Positions 7,501-16,403 of a stretch of 64,000 nucleotides of DNA are shown here, one piece after another. Source of the stretch: Thermoplasmata archaeon (GTDB lineage: Archaea > Thermoplasmatota > Thermoplasmata > Lutacidiplasmatales > UBA184); assembly GCA_027314915.1 (NCBI GenBank), contig DAHUZZ010000003.1:64815-128814 (forward strand). Direction: 5' to 3'. The notes below the pieces were generated by a model. The model saw nothing but the letters and a program-made list of their open reading frames with translations. It was not told where the DNA came from and ran no database searches. The translations under genes and the position numbers were made by a program. Position 1 is the first letter of the stretch; every line of letters begins with the position of its first letter.

Positions 7501-9006
7501 CTCGCCCTCCTCGAGGTGCTTGCCGGCGGCGAGGAGGTGGTCCCCGAACTCCGACGGCAGGAACCCGAGCTGGGTCGCGAGCTGGCCGAGCCGCTCGAGG
7601 TCGGAGATCTGGGTCCGGAAGTGGAGGACCGCGGCCGCCCCGACCTGCTGGATGATGACGCGGAGCCGCTCCTCGACGGCGGGCAGCTCGACCCGTTCGA
7701 GGTGCTCCCGGACCTCCGCGAGCGCGGGTCGGTACTCCTCGTGGGGGAACCCGGTGCTGCTCAGGTGGTCGAGCAGCCCGGTCACGGTCTGGAGCTCGTC
7801 CCGGGCGGCCTCGAGGTCCTCGGTGAGCGCCGAGACGCGCTCCACCGCCTCCTGGCTCGCCGCGATCGCCTCGCCGTAGATGCGGAGCCTCAGCGCTTCG
7901 CGCGCCCGGTTCATGGCCGCGAAGACCTCCGTCGAGTTCCGCCCGAGCCGTCGGGCCTCGACGAGCTTGGGCCGGACCTCTTCCAGCAGGCCGGCCACGA
8001 GGCCGACGACCGGCTCCTCGACCACCCTGCGGGCCTCGGCGAGCGCGCGGGGGAGTTCGGCCGCCGGCAGGGTGGGGACGGGGGTGAAGACCGTCTCGAG
8101 CCGCGTGAGCGCCTCGGCGGGGTCGATGCCGAACTCCCCGAGGGAGGTGAGCAGCGCCCGGAACCCCTCGATCGTCTGGACCACGCGATCGCGAACGGCC
8201 CCGACGAGCCGGGACTCCTCCTTGGCCAGCGCCTGGGCGCTGGAGGGCGCGTCCAACACGAAGGCGGCGCGGTCCTTTTCGAGGGCGGACTCCAGCGACT
8301 GGGAGGGAACCCCGAGCTCCCGGGCGGCCGCGAGGATCCCGGCCGCCTCCTCCCGGATCGACCTCCACTGGGTGGCGGCCGCCGGGAGCTGCTCGTCGAT
8401 GGCGCGCACGATCTGCGGGGTCGGGTCCTCCGTCCGTCCCGCCCTCAGGCCCTCGAGCGCCGGCCCCAGCTGGTCCAGGATCGCGGCGGCCCGGTCGGCC
8501 GGGGCGTGCGCCCATTCGACGAGCGTACGGATCTGCGCCACCAGGGAGTCGACGTCCTTGGCCTGGGAGGCGACCACCGCCTCCTGGACGGCGAGCAGCT
8601 TCTCGATCGACTGGCGCCACTGGCCCTCCTTCTGGAGCGCCTCGGACTCGTCGAGCCACGTCGGCACCTCCGGCGCCACCGGGAACCTCCCGGAGGCGAG
8701 CCGCGCGATGCGCGCCTTGAGCTCGGTACGGCGCCCGAGGATCGGCGGGCCGCCCTCGTTCTCGAGGTAGACGAGCAGGCTCCGGGCCGCTCCCTCGGCC
8801 CCGTCCCAGTCGGAATGCTTGAGGTGCTCCCGCAGCGCCGCCTCGCGGGTCTCGGCCTCCGGGAGCACAAGGCCGGCGGAACGCAGCAGCTTCGCGTGCT
8901 CCTGCGCCTGATGGGCCGTCGACTCGGCCACCTGGCGTCGGCGCTTGAGCGTCTCCGCCTTCTCCTGGAGCATCTTGCTGAGCCGGGATGACGGGAGCGA
9001 CCCCAT
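4546..9006 (-). CDS. Giant (1486 aa) all-alpha helical-repeat/coiled-coil-like protein, no TM or signal peptide
   Basis: A/E/L/R-rich but with K, Q, I, F, W and Y present. Recurring motif G-[DE]-[YFW]-x-x-A about every 60-75 aa (e.g. GDFVKAFRAA, GEYDRSMRQS, RDWKRASETL, TDYGPALEKA). The equally long plus-strand ORF 4621-8991 has antisense-type L/G/R/P/D composition. Confidence 0.8.
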   Translation of the reverse strand: MGSLPSSRLSKMLQEKAETLKRRRQVAESTAHQAQEHAKLLRSAGLVLPEAETREAALREHLKHSDWDGAEGAARSLLVYLENEGGPPILGRRTELKARIARLASGRFPVAPEVPTWLDESEALQKEGQWRQSIEKLLAVQEAVVASQAKDVDSLVAQIRTLVEWAHAPADRAAAILDQLGPALEGLRAGRTEDPTPQIVRAIDEQLPAAATQWRSIREEAAGILAAARELGVPSQSLESALEKDRAAFVLDAPSSAQALAKEESRLVGAVRDRVVQTIEGFRALLTSLGEFGIDPAEALTRLETVFTPVPTLPAAELPRALAEARRVVEEPVVGLVAGLLEEVRPKLVEARRLGRNSTEVFAAMNRAREALRLRIYGEAIAASQEAVERVSALTEDLEAARDELQTVTGLLDHLSSTGFPHEEYRPALAEVREHLERVELPAVEERLRVIIQQVGAAAVLHFRTQISDLERLGQLATQLGFLPSEFGDHLLAAGKHLEEGEIPEAATACARLQVELRTAAQPYLANRLDEISKGLAEIPDGALVDPVRRLLADADVGLRVKEDLKGAFDTLRRAEREFSVVSAQHASSLVDGLEEELRVLTEMGGSGEEIQRQIDEVQQIFNMGDFVKAFRAAQDIRSRAHTQQLLRSEEAISHAKLALVELSKMGLDPSALKASLEAAQGSAREGLYPESYRSAQKTLDSAAKLKTTAQAILDRIRAATEQWESLKDSGAPVQPYAEQIALARTACEGLEFERAARLVDELRAALGREQARFEGARCLDDCDLMVEDLGRLGLPVEGLPGRIGGIRDTLGSPAPEEAWGRARALETELVSKLRPVLEENLRSLERDVEIARTVPLDVEHAAESLGEIRRKLAAPIPVGVAELLDAGRAKFFETKGFLEHAERATKRAREELNRAEIVRVDVRPFRPRLERVERHLSERDYARVIEQASHLEREIAQAIRQQVAKTLATFQGTLAAARKESALTALAENLLEQARTALEAGEPMEALTLAARSEGELERAELQLKIASSSLERLDHRLRAAQRTGLNAPASVQALEEARAAFGAREFPRVLERCLAASDALAAATELERRGRDSLESAERAIREAGEMNAELTDVLPLLERARVFLKAGEYDRSMRQSLEAGDAARWAIERLYAGPLAELQELGELVRSAGSEEDAVAVRSARQDAEAAVKIRDWKRASETLARGRERSYLALDRAVQSAERSLHVVYSLVAAPPEPETTHRAAFAERIRAERAERNFTVALDLLREEEAHARERVKTELARKIAELKERLLIGEKISLDTTPVMELFSEAKLALESGTLEGVAKLVEKGEATLETLVTRRLDEKLREVETELIFAREGLHVTLGPAAEKFEFARKRLAEGAAVEAGRALLEVEEELNRRKALHRELTNLHFLVDAALGRAVERRIDTAEARKCLSESVRLRATDYGPALEKAREALRLLHEAIQKVDGGDGPDGVPPARADTRA

Positions 9007-9101
9007 CCCTCCCGAGCCCGTCGTAAGTATCGCCTCCGGAGCGTCGCATCCCGGCTCCCCGCCCGGAGCAGCCTAGGACCACGAATTCATGCGGGCCCAC
9101 C

Positions 9102-9112
9102 GATATAAAAGG
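9102..9112 (-). promoter_or_regulatory. TATA-like AT island (GATATAAAAGG / CCTTTTATATC), candidate promoter of the giant gene
   Basis: The only AT-rich island in the 9007-9160 intergenic region, about 95 nt upstream of the ATG at 9006. Its orientation cannot be proven. Confidence 0.35.
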
Positions 9113-9160
9113 TGGAGCCGGAGCGGCTCGACCGACCTCGCCGGGGCCGGCCGGCGCGCC

Positions 9161-9547
9161 CTAGGCGCGGGTGATGCGCCGCTTGCCCATCGCCTCGAGG
9201 TACTGCACCTCGTTGCCGGGCTTGACCTGGTCCCGAATCTCGGCGTCGAGCGGGAGCGAGAAGGTCTCGTAGGTCTCGAGGTCCATGAGCTGCACTTCGA
9301 CCTCGGTCAGGCTCAGGACCTGCGCCTGGCGTTTCCCGATCATCGGGACCTGGACCTTGTGCTTCACCGGGAAGACGACGCTGCGCTTCGAGCCGTCGAA
9401 GAGCCCGACGGCATCGATGCGCGCCTTCGCTTCGCCGTGCTTGCCCGGTTTGGAGGTCTGGATGCTCAGGATCCGGCAGGGTTCCTCGTCGATGAGCATG
9501 TACCGCCCCTCCTTGAGCTCCCGGACCTCCTGCTGCGTCCACGCCAT
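9161..9547 (-). CDS. eif5a: Translation initiation factor 5A (aIF5A)
   Basis: 128 aa, MAWTQQEV...; hypusine-site motif [13 protein letters not shown]. The long 5' extension of track ORF 9161-10573 is a spurious Arg/Pro-rich read-through. Confidence 0.95.
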   Translation of the reverse strand: MAWTQQEVRELKEGRYMLIDEEPCRILSIQTSKPGKHGEAKARIDAVGLFDGSKRSVVFPVKHKVQVPMIGKRQAQVLSLTEVEVQLMDLETYETFSLPLDAEIRDQVKPGNEVQYLEAMGKRRITRA

Positions 9548-9637
9548 CGATGCGACTTCCGGCCCGCGGTCACGCCGGCGGGGGGAAAAGGATGTCGGCC
9601 GATTCGCGACGATCCTCCCCGACGGTAGCATAGGTTC

Positions 9638-12600
9638 ATGGCCGACGATCCGCATCGTACCCTTCGCCCCGGGTGCCCCGCGGCCCCCCCCATGCGCACG
9701 GTACCGGTCGAGTACGATGACGACCGGCTGAACGACGAGGCCGAGGAGTACTGGCGGGCGCGCCACCTCCCCGCCGGCACCGATCCGGCGCGCCCGGCGC
9801 CCCCGGGGACCGTCACCCTCGAGGGGCCCGCCCTTCCGGCGACGGGTCCCCTCGCTCCCGCGGTGCGGGCGGCCCAGGTCGCTGCCGACATCGGGCTCCG
9901 CTACCTCCTCCTCACGGGACGATCGGTCCGGGAGCTCGCCTTCACGCTCGACGCCGCGGACGCCGGGCACGAGGCGCCCGACCGGCTCGGGATCTGGTTC
10001 GGCCGGCGGTTCCCCCGCGGGCTCCGGGACCCGGCCCCGGGGGGCGATCGGTCGCGGCCGCTCACGGCCCTGGCGGCCCAGGGGCTGTTCGTCGCCCGCG
10101 ACCTCCCGACCCGGGTCTGTCCGCGGTGCGGCCGGAACCTCACGCCCGAGCGCATCGCCTACCGCGAGTCGCTCCGCCCGGCGACCGTCGCGACGTTCCC
10201 GCTCCTCGGACGCGATCCCCCGCTCTCCGCGCTCGTCTGGACCGATGCCGCATGGAAGCTCCTCGCCACCGAGGCCATCCTGCTGCACCCGGACCGACCG
10301 TACGTCCGGGTCGCCTGGCGCCGGCGCGGTACCGCGCAGTCGGTGCTCGTCGCGCGGCATGCCCTTCCCGAGCTCGTGCGGTGGCTTCCCCGGGGCGAGG
10401 CGAGCGTGGAGGAAGAGCGCCCCGGCTCTCAGTGGGCGGGGGGGCCCTACCGGCACCCCCTGGGGGAGGAGATGCCGCTCCTGGCCGATCTTCCCGCCCC
10501 GTCGGGCTCGCTGCTCGCCTCTTCCGCGGTGAAGCCGTGGGGAACGGGGATCGTGGCGCTCGCGCCGGCGCACGGCCCGGCCGATGGGCGGGTGGCCCGG
10601 GAGCTCCGCCTACCGGCACGGTCCGTCCTGGCCCCGAACGGGGACATCCTCGAGGCGCCCCCGAGCGCCTACGCGGGGATGCCGCTCGCGACCGCGGGAT
10701 CGTGCATCCTGCGCGACCTGGAGGAATCGGGGGCGCTCTTCGCCCGGCCGCTCCGGGCGGCGGGACGACCCCACTGTCTTGAGTGCGGGACCGAGGTGGT
10801 GTGGCGCAGCGGCCGGGCGTGGTGCCTCGACCTGGACCGGATCCCCGACGCCGTACGCGAACGGTTCGGTCGGCTGCTGCCGGGCGAGCCGTTCCCCGCC
10901 CCCACGGCCGGGCTCCTCTGGCCCGTGAGCGGCTCGGAGCCTTCGGGCGACCCCGCCGCTCCGGCGCTGGCAGAATCCCCCGCGTGCGGTCGGGTATTCG
11001 ATCTCCCCGGCCCGGAGCTCTGCCCCTGCGGCCTCGAACGCCCGGTCGCGGTCCGCCGCGCCCTTCTGCCGGAGTTCGCGGACGCCCTCTCGGAAGCGCT
11101 CCAGCTCGGGCCGCTCCCCGTCGGGGGCCCGCTCTGGCTACACCTGCCGGAACGACGCCGGGTCCCGGCCCTCCTGCACCGACTGCTCGCGTGGCACGCC
11201 ACCGAGCTCCGGCCCCCGGAGAGCCGGGTCGTCCTCGTGCGCGGGGGGACGGGCACCGCCGACCCGGACCCTTCCTCGGATGCCGACCGGGCCGCGATCG
11301 TCCGCGCCGCCCTCCTTCCCACCGACCGCCGGGACCTGGCGACCGCGCGGGAGGAGGAGCGGGACCGCCTCCGTCACCTCTGGAGCGACGTCGGCCGCTT
11401 CCTCGACGCGGCCACGCGGGCCGGCGTTCCGCCCGACCCGCACCCCATCACGGCCTACCGTTCCGAGCTCCTGCTCGAGGACCGCGCGCTCCTCTCGGCG
11501 TTCGAGCGCATGCGGCGGGACGCGCTCGGGCTGATGGATCAGGGCCGATGGGGCGCCGCCTACGCCCGATCGACACGGTTCTACGACCGGGACTTCCGGG
11601 AGGACTACCTGCGGGCGGCGGCGGGCCGGTTCGACGATCGCGCCGGGGCAGATGCGCGGAACGCGCTGTTCCACGTGCTCGACCACGTCTACGGCCGGCT
11701 CTGCGAGCTCTGGGGTCCGATCCATCCCCGCACGACGGAGGCGATCCATCGGGCGATCCTGGGGGAGGGCGCGAGCCTGTTCGAGGGCCGGATCGCGCCG
11801 GTCCAGCTGTCGCTCCTCGACGAGGCGGCGGAGACGGCCGTCGGGCCCTGGCTCGAACCGGCCCGGACGATGCGCTCCGCCCGTCGGCGGCTCGGTCTCG
11901 GCGAGGACGCCCGCGTCCCGCAGGTCGTGCTCGCCGCCGACTCGGAGGAGGTCGCCCAGCGCCTGGCTCCCGAGCCCGAGCTGGGCGCCCGGCTCCTCGG
12001 GGCCGCGAAGGTCGTGCTCGCGTCGCCGAGGGAGCCGTGGACCGGGCTCGAGTACTCGATCCTCGCGGACGAGGAGGAGGTCCGGAAGCGGTTCCCCGCC
12101 TACCATCGGAAGATCGTGCAGCTGCTCACGACGATGGACCCGCGCCGGGTCCGGGAGGCCGTCCGTGCCGACAGCCTCACGGTGGGGCTCGAGAACACCT
12201 CGATCCGGATCCCCCCGGCGCTCGTGCGCGTCCTCGAGCGGCTCCCGGACCGGTTCGCCTCGGTGCCCTGGTCCCACGGAGAGATCCTCGTGGAGCCGCC
12301 GACCCCTCCGGGGGGCGACCGGCCCGCGCGACTGCCCCCGGCCGCACAACGGGTGCTCGGCCACCTCGAGCGGCGATTGCGCCGGACCGGCGGCGATCTT
12401 CCCCCGGGATCCGAGATCCTCCTCGGGACCGACCCCTCCGGCGCGGCCGGACTCGGCCCGTACCTCCCGCGGCTGGGTGAGCGCCTGAAGGGAGCGAACG
12501 TACGGATCGCGAGCGCTCCGGAGGAGTTCGTGGCCCGGGAGACGAGCACCGGACGGATGGGCCCCGGACGATCCTTCCGGGCCCGGATCCCCGGACGGCC

Positions 12601-13573
12601 CGCCGCACCGCCCCGTGCCCGGCGGCCGGAACCCCCTTCCCGGGGAACGACCGTGCCCCGGGGCGCAATCGAGCGGGCGCCGACCCGTGAGGAGGCCGAC
12701 GGCCGGGGAGCTGACTTCGCGGCGTTCGAGGCCGATCTCTCGGAGGTCACCGCGGACGGACCTCTGGGGCCGGCCAAGGTCGCGGCCGCCTGGGATGCGG
12801 GGTTCCGATCCCGGGCGGAGCTCGCCGAGGCCGACCTGGACCGACTCGCGAGCCTGCCGGGCTTCGGGCCCTGGGTCGCGCGGGAGTTCCTCGCGCGCAT
12901 CGCGCCCGCCCGGAGCGTGCCCGGGGTGGTGCCCGGTCCCGCCCCGCGGATCGAGGTCGGGGAAGCGCCCCCTCAGGCCACGGTCGTAGCTCCGATGACC
13001 CCTCCGGCCCGTACGGCACCCTCTCCCGTGGCCCCGGTACCCGACGGCGCCGTTCCGCGAACCGACGCGGGCGTCCCCGTCGACGCGAGCCTCGGCGCCC
13101 GGACGGCCGGCCCCCCTGACCCCGCGACCCCGCCGGCCGGTGTGCACCTCCTGCTGGCCCCCAACCGGGACGAGGCCTGGGATCGGTTCCTGCGGGCGCT
13201 CTCGCCCGGCGCGCCGGGGCTCTGGGTGGGGCGTCTCTTCCCCCGCGCCCTCCAGTCGGCGGGCTCCGACCACGACGTCCGGTTCCTGTGGCTTTCGACC
13301 GCCGATCGGCCGAACTCGATCCGGCCCTCCGACCTACCGGGGCTCCGGGTGGAGCTCGAGCGCCAGCTGGGTCCGGGGGGGATCCGGACCGTGATCCTCG
13401 AGGAGATCGAGTATCTGGCCGCGCTCCACGGGGTCGACGCCGTGCGCGAGCTGGTGCAGGCGATCGATGTCCTCGCGCGGTTCCAGAACGTGGCCGTCTG
13501 GGTCCCGCTCGATCCCGGGCTCCTCCCGGGAGACCCCTCCGTCCTGACGAGGGGGCTCGGGCCGGCGCCGTGA
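9638..13573 (+). CDS. Class Ia aminoacyl-tRNA-synthetase-like (IleRS/ValRS-type) pseudoenzyme fused to an HhH motif and a C-terminal DUF835-like domain
   Basis: Colinear aaRS landmarks: Rossmann entry [28 protein letters not shown] (HIGH position reads LAPA), CP1 zinc knuckle VCPRCGRNL, editing-domain-like [19 protein letters not shown] and [35 protein letters not shown], and an anticodon-domain-like helical region. No KMSKS ([11 protein letters not shown] at the equivalent place). C-terminus: [16 protein letters not shown] (HhH), then [23 protein letters not shown]...[14 protein letters not shown]...VWVPLDPG (DUF835-like). Confidence 0.8.
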   Translation: MADDPHRTLRPGCPAAPPMRTVPVEYDDDRLNDEAEEYWRARHLPAGTDPARPAPPGTVTLEGPALPATGPLAPAVRAAQVAADIGLRYLLLTGRSVRELAFTLDAADAGHEAPDRLGIWFGRRFPRGLRDPAPGGDRSRPLTALAAQGLFVARDLPTRVCPRCGRNLTPERIAYRESLRPATVATFPLLGRDPPLSALVWTDAAWKLLATEAILLHPDRPYVRVAWRRRGTAQSVLVARHALPELVRWLPRGEASVEEERPGSQWAGGPYRHPLGEEMPLLADLPAPSGSLLASSAVKPWGTGIVALAPAHGPADGRVARELRLPARSVLAPNGDILEAPPSAYAGMPLATAGSCILRDLEESGALFARPLRAAGRPHCLECGTEVVWRSGRAWCLDLDRIPDAVRERFGRLLPGEPFPAPTAGLLWPVSGSEPSGDPAAPALAESPACGRVFDLPGPELCPCGLERPVAVRRALLPEFADALSEALQLGPLPVGGPLWLHLPERRRVPALLHRLLAWHATELRPPESRVVLVRGGTGTADPDPSSDADRAAIVRAALLPTDRRDLATAREEERDRLRHLWSDVGRFLDAATRAGVPPDPHPITAYRSELLLEDRALLSAFERMRRDALGLMDQGRWGAAYARSTRFYDRDFREDYLRAAAGRFDDRAGADARNALFHVLDHVYGRLCELWGPIHPRTTEAIHRAILGEGASLFEGRIAPVQLSLLDEAAETAVGPWLEPARTMRSARRRLGLGEDARVPQVVLAADSEEVAQRLAPEPELGARLLGAAKVVLASPREPWTGLEYSILADEEEVRKRFPAYHRKIVQLLTTMDPRRVREAVRADSLTVGLENTSIRIPPALVRVLERLPDRFASVPWSHGEILVEPPTPPGGDRPARLPPAAQRVLGHLERRLRRTGGDLPPGSEILLGTDPSGAAGLGPYLPRLGERLKGANVRIASAPEEFVARETSTGRMGPGRSFRARIPGRPAAPPRARRPEPPSRGTTVPRGAIERAPTREEADGRGADFAAFEADLSEVTADGPLGPAKVAAAWDAGFRSRAELAEADLDRLASLPGFGPWVAREFLARIAPARSVPGVVPGPAPRIEVGEAPPQATVVAPMTPPARTAPSPVAPVPDGAVPRTDAGVPVDASLGARTAGPPDPATPPAGVHLLLAPNRDEAWDRFLRALSPGAPGLWVGRLFPRALQSAGSDHDVRFLWLSTADRPNSIRPSDLPGLRVELERQLGPGGIRTVILEEIEYLAALHGVDAVRELVQAIDVLARFQNVAVWVPLDPGLLPGDPSVLTRGLGPAP

Positions 13574-13577
13574 ACGG

Positions 13578-13808
13578 TCAGTCGGAGGTCCCTGCGTCGG
13601 GCGGCGGGGCCGACCGGGCGAGCGCCCGCCGGCCCAGCGCCCAGCCGACGGCTCCGAACACGACGGCCCCGAGGAGTGCGCCCCCGACCAGGTAGATCAG
13701 CGCCGGGCCGATATTGCTCAGCTCGATGAAGCCGAGCTGCTGGGCGAGGAGCGCTCCGACGATGCCGAGGGCGATGCCGCTCCCGATGCCGTGGGTGAGC
13801 GCGCTCAC
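13578..13808 (-). CDS. Small two-TM membrane protein
   Basis: About 76 aa (VSALTHGIGSGIALGIVGALLA...LIYLVGGALLGAVVFGAVGWAL). GTG start in a GTGA overlap with the stop of the upstream gene (13805-13808). Confidence 0.5.
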   Translation of the reverse strand: MSALTHGIGSGIALGIVGALLAQQLGFIELSNIGPALIYLVGGALLGAVVFGAVGWALGRRALARSAPPPDAGTSD

Positions 13809-14566
13809 GGCGACTCCTGGGACGGGGCATCGCCGCCGGCCGTCCCCGGCTCCGCGGGCGGGGTCGCGGCGGGCTCCGCCGCCCCGGGAGGTGCGCCGGA
13901 GGGGCCGGGAGGCGATCGCGGGGACTCCGCCGGAGCGCTCTTCGGAGCCGGGGCCCGACGGGCATACCGGCCGGAGATGGCGACCTCGTACAGCTCGTAG
14001 AGACCGATGAGCACCAGGAGGATCGGGAGGACCGCGAGGATCCCGTACGGCGCCGTCGCGTGGATCCAGAAGTTCTGGCTCCAGAGCGTCGAGCCGTTCG
14101 GGTCGAGCAGGCTCGCCGTGACAAGGTAGACGCCCGCGAGCGTCCACTGCAGCACCCCCGGATCCCAGCTCATGTCCAGGCTCCCGGTGTGCCCCGGGAC
14201 CGGGCTCTGCTCGACGACGTCGCGGGTCGAGAGGGCGATGCCGAAGTAGAACATCTGGAGCCGGGCGGTCCCCACGGTCACCGGTGGGGAGGTAGGGGTC
14301 GAGGTGTTCCAGTAGTACCGCACGTCGATCGGGTGGTCGAAGGTGATCTCGAGGGCCGCCGACGGAGTGTCGTAGCGTGCGACGGACCCTCCGTTCCAGG
14401 TCACGTTCCCGGACAGCGTCCCGCTCCCGGACGCGGCGGGGCGGAGGACCAGGCCCGACGCGGTGGCCACGGGGAAGCTCACCGGCACCACCAGAAGGAT
14501 CCCGAGGAGGACGGCCCCCGCGAGGAGCACTCTTCGGCCCCGGCGGGCCGAGCTCCGGAGGCTCAC
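13805..14566 (-). CDS. Secreted/membrane-anchored protein (signal peptide, beta-rich ectodomain with N-x-S/T sequons, C-terminal TM, Pro/Ala tail)
   Basis: 253-aa ORF with N-terminal RRGRRVLLAGAVLLGILLVVPV and C-terminal TM YGILAVLPILLVLIGLY. GTG start. Confidence 0.7.
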   Translation of the reverse strand: MSLRSSARRGRRVLLAGAVLLGILLVVPVSFPVATASGLVLRPAASGSGTLSGNVTWNGGSVARYDTPSAALEITFDHPIDVRYYWNTSTPTSPPVTVGTARLQMFYFGIALSTRDVVEQSPVPGHTGSLDMSWDPGVLQWTLAGVYLVTASLLDPNGSTLWSQNFWIHATAPYGILAVLPILLVLIGLYELYEVAISGRYARRAPAPKSAPAESPRSPPGPSGAPPGAAEPAATPPAEPGTAGGDAPSQESP

Positions 14567-14587
14567 GTCGTCCGGATGCGGAAGGTA

Positions 14588-14598
14588 CCATATCTAAG
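14588..14598 (-). promoter_or_regulatory. TATA-like island (CTTAGATATGG on minus strand) upstream of 13805-14566
   Basis: AT-rich island 22-32 nt upstream of the GTG start at 14566, consistent with a leaderless or short-leader archaeal mRNA. Confidence 0.35.
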
Positions 14599-14700
14599 TT
14601 CGTCCGAGCGAGGGGAGCTCGCCCGGGGCTCGGGCACCCGACGACGACCGGAGGGTCGGACCGATCGACCCCGCGCTCCGCGGCGCCCCATCTCCCCGCG

Positions 14701-15372
14701 CTACGGCGGCAGGGCACCGCCGAGCGGGTGGATCGCGACCGCCTTCACGTAGAGGACGACGTGGCTCCCGCGCCGGATCCGGAGGGCCCGCACCGACGGC
14801 GGGGTGATCCCGGCGAGGAAGCGGGCGCTCCCCACCCGGACGACCAGGAGCCGGCGCATGGGATCGATGCGGCGGATCTCCTCCACCTCGCCCTCGAGGG
14901 CGTTCCGGGCGCTGCTCGGGAACCGCCGTCGGGCGACGACGACCATCTCCGGGTCGATCCCGACCGTGACCCAACGGCCCTCGCGCGCGGGGAACCCGAC
15001 CTGGAGCACGGGGCCCCCCGCGATCTCGATCCGCGGGGATCTTCCGCCCCCGCGGGCCCGCCCCCGGAAGACCCCCATCTCCAGCGGCGCCGGGCCGGTC
15101 GGGGCGCGGGGATCGAGGTCCGAGGAGGGCCGCGCGGAGCGGAGGAGCCGGCGGCCGCGCTCGGTGAGGCGGCTCGCGCCCGCGCGGCGACCCCCCCGCG
15201 CGGAGGCGACCACCGGCGCGCCGAGCGCCTGCCGGAGCCTCAGGAGCCGGTACATCCCGCGGTCCCGGCCGATCCCGAGCCGTCGGCAGGCGGCCGCGAT
15301 GCTCCCCTCCTCCTCGATGGCCACGAGCAGGCCGACATCGAGCGGGCTCACGAGCCGCTCCGCGCGCCTCAC
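14701..15372 (-). CDS. ModE-like regulator (N-terminal HTH plus C-terminal TOBE/Mop molybdate-binding domain)
   Basis: 223 aa. HTH LLVAIEEEGSIAAACRRLGIGRDRGMYRLLRL. C-terminal TOBE-like NALEGEVEEIRRID...RVGS..F.A.IT. GTG start in a GTGA overlap with the ABC ATPase stop. Confidence 0.8.
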   Translation of the reverse strand: MRRAERLVSPLDVGLLVAIEEEGSIAAACRRLGIGRDRGMYRLLRLRQALGAPVVASARGGRRAGASRLTERGRRLLRSARPSSDLDPRAPTGPAPLEMGVFRGRARGGGRSPRIEIAGGPVLQVGFPAREGRWVTVGIDPEMVVVARRRFPSSARNALEGEVEEIRRIDPMRRLLVVRVGSARFLAGITPPSVRALRIRRGSHVVLYVKAVAIHPLGGALPP

Positions 15373-16403
15373 GGAACCCCCGGGACGGAGGCGATGGGGA
15401 GGCGCACGGTCCGCTCGGGATCGACCGATACCCGGACCTCCGATCCCGGCCGCGGGACGACCGCCGTCGCGCGGGCCGCGGCCTCGAGCACGATCCCGCC
15501 GGCATCGATCGCGAGGCTCGGTCCCGCCGGGGTCCATCGGCTCCGGAGGACCCGTCCGGGCCATCCGCCGGCCTCCCCGGGCCCTTCGATGGAGATCGCC
15601 TCCCGGGTGAAGGCGACGCCGCCCTCCCCCGACCGCTCGAGGAGCCAGGAGCGGAGCCCGCTCTCCGGACGGCTCGTGAGCCCCGGCAGCTCCCAGACGT
15701 TCTCGTAGCCCACGAGGCGCGCGGCGAACGCCGTCGGGGGGCTCCGGGCGAGGGTCGGCGCATCGCAGTCCACCACCGCCCGGCCCCGATCGAGGAGGAG
15801 GAACCGGTCGGCCACCGAGAAGGCGATCTCGGCGTCGTGCGTGACCACGATCAGGCTCCGCTTCCGCTTCGCCATCGCGGCGGCGATGACCTCGACCAGC
15901 TCGTGCCGCGCCGCGGGGTCGAGCGCGGCGAGCGGCTCGTCCCAGAGGAGGAGCTCCGGCTCGGCGGCCATCGCCCGGGCCATGGCGACGCGCTGCCGCT
16001 CCCCGCCCGAGAGCTCGGCGGGGTACCGTCGGCGGAAGCGGGTGAGCCCCCACTCCGCGAGCAGCCCTTCGACCTTCCTTGGGCGATCGCGGTCGCTCCT
16101 CAGCTCGAGCGGGTAGGCCAGGTTCGCCTCGACGGTCCGGTGGGGGATGAGGGCGAGGCCCTGGGGAACGTAGCCGATCCCGCGGCGCTCGGGAGGGAGC
16201 TCGCCGCTCGGACGCCCGGCCACCTCCAGGGTGCCCCCGGAGAGGTCGAGGAACCCCGCGATCGCCCGGAGGAACGTGGTCTTCCCCGCCCCCGAGGGGC
16301 CGAGCAGCGCGAGGACCTCGCCCGTCTCCAGGGCCAGGTCGATCGGTCCGAGCTGGAACCGGTCGAGCCGTGCGGTGAGCCCCCGCGCCTCGACCGCCCT
16401 CAT
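15369..16403 (-). CDS. wtpC: ABC transporter ATP-binding protein, tungstate/molybdate type
   Basis: 344 aa. Walker A GPSGAGKTT, signature LSGGERQRV, Walker B LLLWDEP, H-loop VTHD. ATGA overlap with the permease stop. Confidence 0.9.
   Translation of the reverse strand: MRAVEARGLTARLDRFQLGPIDLALETGEVLALLGPSGAGKTTFLRAIAGFLDLSGGTLEVAGRPSGELPPERRGIGYVPQGLALIPHRTVEANLAYPLELRSDRDRPRKVEGLLAEWGLTRFRRRYPAELSGGERQRVAMARAMAAEPELLLWDEPLAALDPAARHELVEVIAAAMAKRKRSLIVVTHDAEIAFSVADRFLLLDRGRAVVDCDAPTLARSPPTAFAARLVGYENVWELPGLTSRPESGLRSWLLERSGEGGVAFTREAISIEGPGEAGGWPGRVLRSRWTPAGPSLAIDAGGIVLEAAARATAVVPRPGSEVRVSVDPERTVRLPIASVPGVP

Noticed and set aside
4621-8991. 1456-aa plus-strand ORF exactly antisense to the giant gene
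   Set aside because: Its composition (L/G/R/P/D/E with almost no K, I, F, Y or N) is typical of the antisense frame of a GC-rich gene. The minus-strand frame has a balanced composition and a recurring motif.
9548-10573. 5' extension of the aIF5A ORF (470 aa in the track)
   Set aside because: aIF5A is a ~128-aa protein starting at MAWTQQEV. The extension is antisense to the pseudo-synthetase gene and Arg/Gly/Pro-rich.
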